Source of the DNA: Paraspadella gotoi
Taxonomy: Eukaryota > Animalia > Chaetognatha
Assembly: GCA_051294375.1 (NCBI GenBank)
Contig: CM119267.1
Span: 8,852,662-8,871,513 of the forward strand
Direction: 5' to 3'
Length of the DNA: 18,852 bases
Of the stretch, positions 11,681-18,852 are shown one piece after another. The notes beneath the pieces were generated by a model, which was given only the letters and a program-made list of their open reading frames with translations, searched no databases and was not told where the DNA came from. Position numbers and translations under genes: made by a program. Position 1 is the first letter of the stretch; the number at the start of each line of letters is the position of its first letter.

Positions 11681-11744
11681 ATTGTTTGTCGGAGGATAAA
11701 ACGAGGGTTGTAATGCAAATCGCGAGGCCTCGGAGGGGACGGAG

Positions 11745-11759
11745 GCAGTAGAGGGCGCT
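11745..11759 (+). promoter_or_regulatory. CTCF-like motif
   Basis: GCAGTAGAGGGCGCT versus consensus CCASYAGRKGGCRS. Confidence 0.35.
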
Positions 11760-11763
11760 CGCC

Positions 11764-12001
11764 TCAAGGAAGATATATTCCAGTACGATCTCGCCTCTCG
11801 ATAGCCTGATAATCAAATATACGGCTTGTGGTTTCACTAAGGTATAAAGTTATTTTGGCGTATAATTCCGTCACCTGGCAAATAAGCGAAGATTTTTTAT
11901 ATACCTGTGCGATGTGAGGTGGAATAGCATTGGGAGGGTCATCTGTAGCATCTCCTTGCCATTCTTATCCCACTGCGTTCGTCGGTAATTCGCTCCACGT
12001 A
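11764..12001 (-). CDS. Possible last two exons of a gene, perhaps the continuation of the Nudix-like gene
   Basis: Exon 11905-12001 (TAG acceptor, CAG|GTATAT donor), a 68-nt AT-rich intron and exon 11764-11836 join in phase to give RGANYRRTQWDKNGKEMLQMTLPMLFHLTSHSETTSRIFDYQAIERRDRTGIYLP*. A further noisy exon may begin at 12292. No homology recognised. Confidence 0.3.
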
Positions 12002-12502
12002 CTAATTATCCACCGAGCAGATAGATAGTTAGCTATACACCAGCGATGCTATCAGTGAGAGAATGATTGGAGAATGTGATGAGTATATAGCAGCGTAGCA
12101 CGATGATGAGAGTTATGAGTAGAGTATAATAGAAATATAGCATATTAGAGATGATGCTAGAGTGTCGATGACTGATGATTTGTGAGCATGGAGGGCGGAC
12201 ACTGAGGCGTTTGTCGAACATTCTCTGTTTTGGGGTCGATATAGAGTCAGAAAACATCGTGCAAACAGTCGAATGGACGAATTTTCAACCTTCTAATCCA
12301 ATGATCTTTTATTATTTGTGAAAGACATCTGTATAAACAAACGCAAGAGGGGCCCTAAACAAATGAAAAATTAAACGAAGCTCTAACTAAAACAATTCAA
12401 TACGAATCCCTTTTATAGCTTTAAAGATATGGAAAAAAGGTGCGGTCGTACAAAGAAACTGGCGAAGAATTCTGAGAATGATCGCTTTCGAAAGAAATAA
12501 AC

Positions 12503-13878
12503 CTCTCTTCGCCTAAGACGTTTAATCAAAATGATCCCCAGTCGGTTTTATCCTCCTCATCGCGTCGTCGTCTACTTCGCGCCCGGACGTCGGGCGCGCC
12601 ATTTTAGCGAGGTAAGTCGGCCTTCTTTCTGGCACTCGAGGCTCGTGTTGCCTCAAGACTCAGCTTCTTCGTTGCCCTCACCGCTTGCAACTTTAAACTC
12701 CTCTCGCTGGCTTCGTCGACCGCGAAGGATCGGCGCGAATGGTCGGCGTGTCGTCGCCGGTAACATTCTAGGAGTCCGCGGTGATGCGTGTTTTACAAAG
12801 GCGCTGAATTGACGTTCTGTATGCTTTTGAAAGGCAAATTTTTTTTTCTTTTTTTTTTTTTTTTTTTTTTTTGTGAACGAAGAGTGGAAGATGGTTTTAA
12901 CGAGGTTTATTGGGCAGTTTCAGCGCTCACCTCTTCGTCGTCATGCCAGAAGGCTTTTTCATGTAGTTAGGCCACATGTTGATCGTCAAGATGTGATTCT
13001 TGTGATTCCGGGTTCGTACTCTTGTGCTCTCAGGCGTCGTAACCGGAAAGCGTTTGTTTGCCTAGAAAAACAACGAAGTTTTGGAAATTTCATTGGAGTC
13101 TGAAAAGCCTATTCGGAGGAGCTAACCTGGTGGCGGAATGTCCAGGCCTCGTCGACCGCGCCCTTTTTAAGCAGCCGAAAATTTCGCTCCGGTGGAGGTC
13201 CCGAGCGAGGCCGACGTCAAAAGCAACGGAAAGCGCCAGGCTGACCGTCGACGTCTTCGATGGGACGAAATCTTCGCCGTCGGCTTTCCGTCACGCCGTT
13301 AATTTGGTTAGGCCAAACTGAACAAGAAGTCAATCAGTCGTTAATTATTTTTTCACGACCAACATAATACTACTTTTTTTATGGCACTTAGAATTAAATT
13401 CGAAAACCTGTGAAGTCCTTCGGGCGACCCAGAAGTCCGGTGCTGTAGGCACGGCATAAGTTGTTAAAGACGACGGTTGATGCGAACTTGGGGAGCTCGT
13501 GCGAAGTAACGGATTCCACGAGAACGTCTCGTAGAATTCGCGCGTAGCGATTTGGCAGATGATGTCTTTGTTGTCACGCGGACATCCACCTGGGACAAAA
13601 TGGTTTTGAAAGGGTTTCGTCAAACCGAAAGAGCGACGATGGCGCCTAAAGCACTTCGACTTAACTGTTACTTGGGGGTGTTGTACTTGTTTTGTCTTGC
13701 AACATTGCGGCGTCTGGCAAAGTAGTGCTGTGCGAACCTCCGAGTCTCTTGTATTGACTTGGTACTCAAGTAGATATGAAATAACGTATTTTTTTTAAAT
13801 GAAAAATACGACTAGAATTATCACAACTTACCTTTTGAAATTAGAGCCTATGTTTTTTCACAACTTTAACGATGCCAT
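12503..13878 (-). CDS. Multi-exon gene for a putative Nudix-fold hydrolase with an acidic C-terminal region; frameshifted like its neighbour
   Basis: GC-richer blocks bounded by AG/GT: 13832-13878 (ATG...AG|GTAAGT), about 13672-13765 (HYFARRRNVARQNKYNTP), 13408-13589 (GGCPRDNKDIICQIATREFYE, resembling the Nudix box GX5EX7REUXEEXGU; also visible in ORF 13345..13623), 13127-13317 (WPNQINGVTE/ADGEDFVP/IEDVD), 12931-13061 (HILTINMWPNYMKK/AFWHDDEE) and 12503-12803 (acidic: EVDDD/DEEDKTDWGSF, with TGA at 12526-12528 or a donor at 12502). The gene structure is fairly clear; the Nudix call rests on the motif alone. Confidence 0.6.
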
Positions 13879-14054
13879 TCTTACCTTTAAAGTTTATATA
13901 GAACAAAATCTAAACGAAACAATTTTAAAAAAGTAATCTTTAAAGAGCGTAGTTTTAGACACTTATAATTTTTTCTGAAATCGTTAATATAAAGAAATGC
14001 GCTATTCAAAAAATTCCGCCGTACACAAATTTGGTTTTTTCGACCAATAACGGA

Positions 14055-15889
14055 TCAGCCCCAGCTTGGCCGCGTTCTTTAAAGCCTTCATTTTTTCCAA
14101 GCTTGTTGAATGCTGCTTGAGACTTGGTGCCCAAGACCACCAACCCCTCCAATGACGACAGGATCTGAAATTAAAAACAAATCAAAAATCATTCGTCAAC
14201 TCAATCCCAATATATAATATAAAATTTTTTCACAGAAACAAACCTTCAATCGAAACGGTCGTTGAAGTTGGTTCTTGACGCTTTCGACAACTTGTTTGAG
14301 CGGCTCGTTTGCTCTTCGGTTCACGCTGGTCAGGCACATAGCAGCGCATAGGTTTTTGCGGCGAACCAAACTCGGCCCAATCGAGCCTTTCCCTTACGAT
14401 GCAGTAGGGAACGTTGAGCTTACTAAAAAACGAAAAATGTTTTTCCGAGAGTCGTTTTTAAAAACTTATTGGCTCAGTAATCAAAAATGAATGAAGACGT
14501 CACCGACAAAGCGAAGGGAGATGGAGGAGAGTTGTGGGATCGACGTGTGAGCGATGATACCAGTTGAGTGCTTTCCTACTTTCCATGCTAAAGTCGTCCA
14601 CCTGTAATTGAATGGAATTTTTATACATTTTTGGACGTTGAAAAATATCCGTTGGAAACTAACCGTGTTCAAGTCTGCCTCACGACCAAAACGACGCTTA
14701 GAGGGCCGCGGCTTCTTTACGTCAACTTTTTTTCGGCCTTTAGCGAGCCATCTTAGCCTTTCTTTGACGCTTTGCTCTCGGGACGATTACTTGGTCAAAC
14801 AACTTAACACTACGAGGATTGAATTCATTGCACGCTTGATGAATCGAAAGGCATTGGAATAGTGTTAACGCCGAATAGGATCAATGTAAAACTTACCGAC
14901 ATAAAATTCAGATTTAATTAATTTCAAAACGGGATCATCGTCCGTCCATCTCTATCACCCACGCAAGTATCGACTATGCGGAATTTTTCGATCAATTCCC
15001 GAGCCGCAAAGTTGCGATACAATGGATCATCGTGATTTAACAAGAATGGAACAACGCTACCTTAAAATTCATTGTTTCCAACCTATAACAGAGATCCACG
15101 GTATTCCATCGATCACCTGACTTACCAATTCTTTAATTTTAGAGAATTAGATCATCGTGATATAGAGATGGATATGGTACATGTATATAATAATTTTCAA
15201 ATATCTTACAAAATGGTAAAGCAGTTAGATTTTCATCCTGGAACCTATGCTTTAATATGAATAAATTATTTGAAGTAATTAAATTTAACACGCGTTGTAT
15301 AAGAACTTGATGGTGTGAATAAATATTTGAAGTTAATGTAATTAAACACCATGAATTTTACTATATTGAAATTTAATTATTTAATTTTGCGAACCTTGAG
15401 TGGCGGTCGAACGGATCCAAGGTCAATCGAAAACTTTGATTAATGGGTGGCGAACCTTCAGCCTTTGAGAAGAAGCAGCCCTTTCTGACGCTGAATGGCG
15501 AACGTACTAAAATGAAAAACGGATAAAAAACTTTCGTGCTTCAGAAAAATAAAGAAAATCAAAATTTAAGTGGAGCTAACTTGGGCCATCTCACCGAAAA
15601 TCTTGTCAGAGTTTGTCCCTTTCGGTTGAATATCCTGGCCGTAATTCCAAATCTCTTGGGATTTTCAACAAGCGAATTGACTAAGAGTTAAGCATAAATA
15701 TAAATTAATATACAGGAGGAGTTCAACAAGTAAACTAAAATATTTAAACGCATTAAATAAAAATTAACAAGGCCTTTTTGTCGGCTTTTTAGGCAGGTAC
15801 GGGCATCGGCGGTGGAGCACTTTTTGCACCCTTTCCCTTGTCTGTCGTTTTCTTAGTTTCCGGGGTGTTTTGGCGATTTTCCCTAGCAT
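14055..15889 (-). CDS. RPL7A: 60S ribosomal protein L7a (eL8), 7 exons, reading frame broken by many indels (likely sequencing error; pseudogene not excluded)
   Basis: Manual translation across frames gives L7a motifs in order, in GT-AG bounded exons. 15769-15889: KKTTDKGKG..APPPMPVPA. 15581-15680: NSLVENPKRFGI/GQDIQPK/LTRF/VRWPK. 15395-15506: YVR/IQRQK/QRLKV/INQ/F/RLTLD/RSTATQ. 14664-14809: KLFD/RPESK/KAEKK. 14504-14601: ESRKA/QLV/IIAH/VDP/LLHLPSLCR. 14244-14422: KLNVPYCIV/GKARLGR/LVRRK/CAAMCLTSVN/VESV/RTNFNDRFD. 14055-14164: RHW/VLGTKSQAAFNKL/EKMKA/AAKLG, then TGA. A TTTCAG acceptor at 15909-15914 lies about 20 nt before the ATG at 15889. The start is uncertain. Confidence 0.95.
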
Positions 15890-17884
15890 TTTTCTCGTTT
15901 AAAGAAAACTGAAATTGACATTAATACGCCAAAATTTAGTTAATAGTAACGGAAAAATCAAAAAGTTGAAGACCATAACTTAATTTATTTAGACATTATT
16001 ATTATTCAGCATTTAAACGGGCATGTGCCAAATGTTTTGGCAAGCAAAGTTAGACGGCAAACTCTGTCAGACAACAGGCAACTTAGGGGCCTACATCCAG
16101 GGGAATCTAAGAATGTTGTGAATAACTTTGTATATCCTGTTCAGAACTTAGACCTAACTTACATTACCCAAACTTACCCTAATTATTTTTAACTCCGTCT
16201 TCTAATTACACGTAATTTTAATGTTTTTCTTTTAACTTCATTTATCATAACATATGATCAAGATATTAATATAAATAATATATCAATAATATTTAAAAAT
16301 TGATTCTCAAAAGTTCATCTGAATTACTATAGGTTCTTTTCTTTACCGAGATAATCGATTCCTCGCTCCGCGCAGCTTTGGGCATTTCCATAACAGAGAG
16401 TTGTTTATGAGTTTATGAATTAATTATGATCATTTATAATATGTGGAGAAAGAGGAGACGATAACTCTGAATAGGTTAAAATATGCCTTCGGATGATACC
16501 ACACCACACGCTCCATGAGTCTTGTTTCTTGGTTAATCTCTCAATAATTAATATCAAATATTTATTAAATATTAAACTGGCTGATAAAAGGTTTTCAAAA
16601 AACAATAACCAAAACATTCCGAATTATTATATGATCGTGGTTTCACAAATAAAACTGTATTTTGTAATATCTATCAAGAAAGCATAGAAAAAAGAAAGCG
16701 TTTCGAGTATATCCTATCAAATCTTTTTTTTACTATTTTTGATCTAGTTAAGCTTTTTTTTTGTTGGATGGTCAAGGGTTATGGTCAGATACAGATATGT
16801 CAGTTAGTGTAGTATCGCACATATTATCACCAAAAGTGAGTGATCATTAATTTGGCTCAGAACGATTTTTATAAAGGGACAAATCACACGAGACGTTTCG
16901 CCATACGTTATTTTTTCATTTGTGTCTTATACTGTGATTTTTTGTAATTCTTTTGAGTGTTTTACAATTAATTTTTTGTAAAATTATTCCTTTAAATTGT
17001 ACTGTTTTGGAATATATATATGCTTTGATTATTTTATGTAAGTTGACCCCTTTTTTAATCTTCATCGGAAACTCAGAGAAATAAAAGAGACTCATTTGAT
17101 CGTCGATCTGTCAGCACACAAATGTGCCTTTTGAGAATCTCTGGCTACCGAACATCTCGGCCGGGGTTGAGGAGTTTCCTCAATTTTTCGAATATTCTCG
17201 GGGGCGTGTTTAGGAGGAACGGACGGCGGGATCCTATTACATTCCGAGATGAGACTGCTTACAGTTCAAGTATTTGTGTTTTTAAAACTTTTTTTTTAGA
17301 AAGAGAAAAAGGAGCAGAAGGATGGAAGGAAGGAAAGGAATCGAGAGTTGAGTTCAAAAGCCGGCAATCGTGGGGCCCGGCGGTCGCCATTCTTATCCGT
17401 GTAACCAGATCACTCGATTTGCATCTTAGAATTTTCTGAAACATTTCGCGTAATGAAGTTAACCAGACGTGAGATCGAATGGAGGAAATTTAATCTTGAA
17501 AAATTGCAAAGATTGATTTGTTTTTCCAATGGGAAAGAACATTACACAAAAAGTTCTGACGAAACTTTTTTCAAAATTTATTTATGATTTAAATGAAGAA
17601 TTGTAATTCATATATTTAATATAAATTTCGAGAACTTTTTTGAGATACAGTTTTCATGAGATCTTATTGTCACTACTCCGAAGCACATCAATACAAGGAG
17701 CTGAATATTTATGAAATTGTACAGATCATTATAGAATTATCGCCATNNNNNNNNNNNNNNNNNNNNNNNNNATTAAATCGCCTTCAAAAGGAGGCATTAT
17801 TTTCCCGAAGCACCCCCCTTCTGTTCCTAATCCCTGAATTTAATTTTTATCTTAATATTTAATAATAATCTTGTTTCAAATATT

Positions 17885-18015
17885 TAATCTAATTTTTAAA
17901 CCTAACATAATCCTTAACCTTAATCTCTAATTTCAATCCTGCTAACCCTAATCTCTAACCAACTTATTCTTTAACTTAATCCATAACTTAATCCTTATCC
18001 TTAATTTTTAATCTA
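17885..18015. repeat. Degenerate (TAACCT/TAATCC)-like simple repeat resembling telomeric sequence
   Basis: aaacctaacataatccttaaccttaatctctaat...ctaaccctaatctctaacc; the + strand is almost G-free here. Confidence 0.6.
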
Positions 18016-18160
18016 AAAATATATTTAATTATATATGTATTTAAGCTGAAATGAGGAGCTTTTGGAAAAGATGGCCGAAAAACATTCGTCCCTCTAATCT
18101 CGTCTGTTTCGAATCTTTCGCCGCTGTTATATTGTTTTCACAATCGAAGCGGCTCGTCGT

Positions 18161-18174
18161 TCGCCATCTGGCGG
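18161..18174 (-). promoter_or_regulatory. CTCF-like motif
   Basis: Minus strand reads CCGCCAGATGGCGA. Confidence 0.35.
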
Positions 18175-18852
18175 TTAACGGAGTAAGAAATCCCTGCCCA
18201 CACAGGATCGCACCCACACACCACACAAAAATAAGCAAATCTTATTTATTTTTAATGCGAGTCTTTAATCTCGTATAACGCGATGTGTTTATTTTTCGGC
18301 TCGAATTATGGCATTTTTTTTTATTGCCCCTTTGTCGGTAAAGCTTTTGAATTTTTTATTTTTAAGCTCGCTCTCTCTCTCTCTCTCTCNNNNNNNNNNN
18401 NNNNNNNNNNNNNNNNNNNNNNNNNNNNNNNNNNNNNNNNNNNNNNNNNNNNNNNNNNNNNNNNNNNNNNNNNNNNNNNNNNNNNNNNNNNNNNNNNNNN
18501 NNNNNNNNNNNNNNNNNNNNNNNNNNNNNNNNNNNNNNNNNNNNNNNNNNNNNNTTTTCTTTTTTCTCGCAAAACAGATTACTACCAGCGCCGTCTGTCG
18601 TCGACCATCGAGCTCGTTCTCCCTCGGCCCTCGGATCTTTTTACGCTAATCTCCGGGCTGAGACGGACGGACGGGGCTCCGTCGGAGAAACAGTAATCGC
18701 CCGCTAAATCCTTTTAAAACCGATTTTTATTAAGTTATGTAGGAAAGTGGGAAGTGATCGACAGGGGGAATGGGGGACGCGGGATGCGCCGCGGTTATGT
18801 TTCGGAGATTCGCTGTGTCACTGAACGTTATATGTCGCGAGGATTGGTTTAC

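Larger units (their letters stand above)
193..18554. other. Assembly gaps (N runs) at 193-390, 1327-1991, 2403-2616, 3100-3232, 4015-4257, 5037-5153, 9484-9508, 9802-9811, 17747-17771 and 18390-18554
   Basis: Seen directly; most abut GA/CT or poly-T low-complexity tracts. Confidence 0.98.

Noticed and set aside
12531-14862. Plus-strand ORFs overlapping the two genes (12531..12812, 13058..13321, 14275..14490, 14608..14862)
   Set aside because: They are antisense shadows of minus-strand exons.
14055-15889. rpl-7a as a processed pseudogene or a case of programmed frameshifting
   Set aside because: Introns are present, so it is not processed. Shifts are far too many, lack slippery sites, and also affect the neighbouring gene.

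Overview
This is a gappy eukaryotic (animal, probably nematode-like) genomic scaffold, not prokaryotic DNA. It has ten N gaps, many (GA)n/(CT)n microsatellites, short GT-AG introns and several TTTCAG acceptors. The supplied ORF track is almost entirely spurious. Manual minus-strand translation recovers a 7-exon 60S ribosomal protein L7a/eL8 gene (14055-15889). About 180 bp downstream on the same strand lies a multi-exon gene with a Nudix-box-like motif (about 12503-13878, possibly running on to 11764), an operon-like arrangement. Both genes keep their splice sites and conserved residues but are full of 1-2 nt indels. The simplest explanation is unpolished long-read gap-fill sequence rather than biology. 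Other elements: a degenerate hierarchical AT-rich satellite (about 7030-9440), a possible two-exon gene end at 3449-3789 whose intron folds into a hairpin, three CTCF-like motifs, a composite DR4+DR1 nuclear-receptor element and speculative structured RNAs near rpl-7a. I found no convincing novel system. The rpl-7a/Nudix pair is the best lead.
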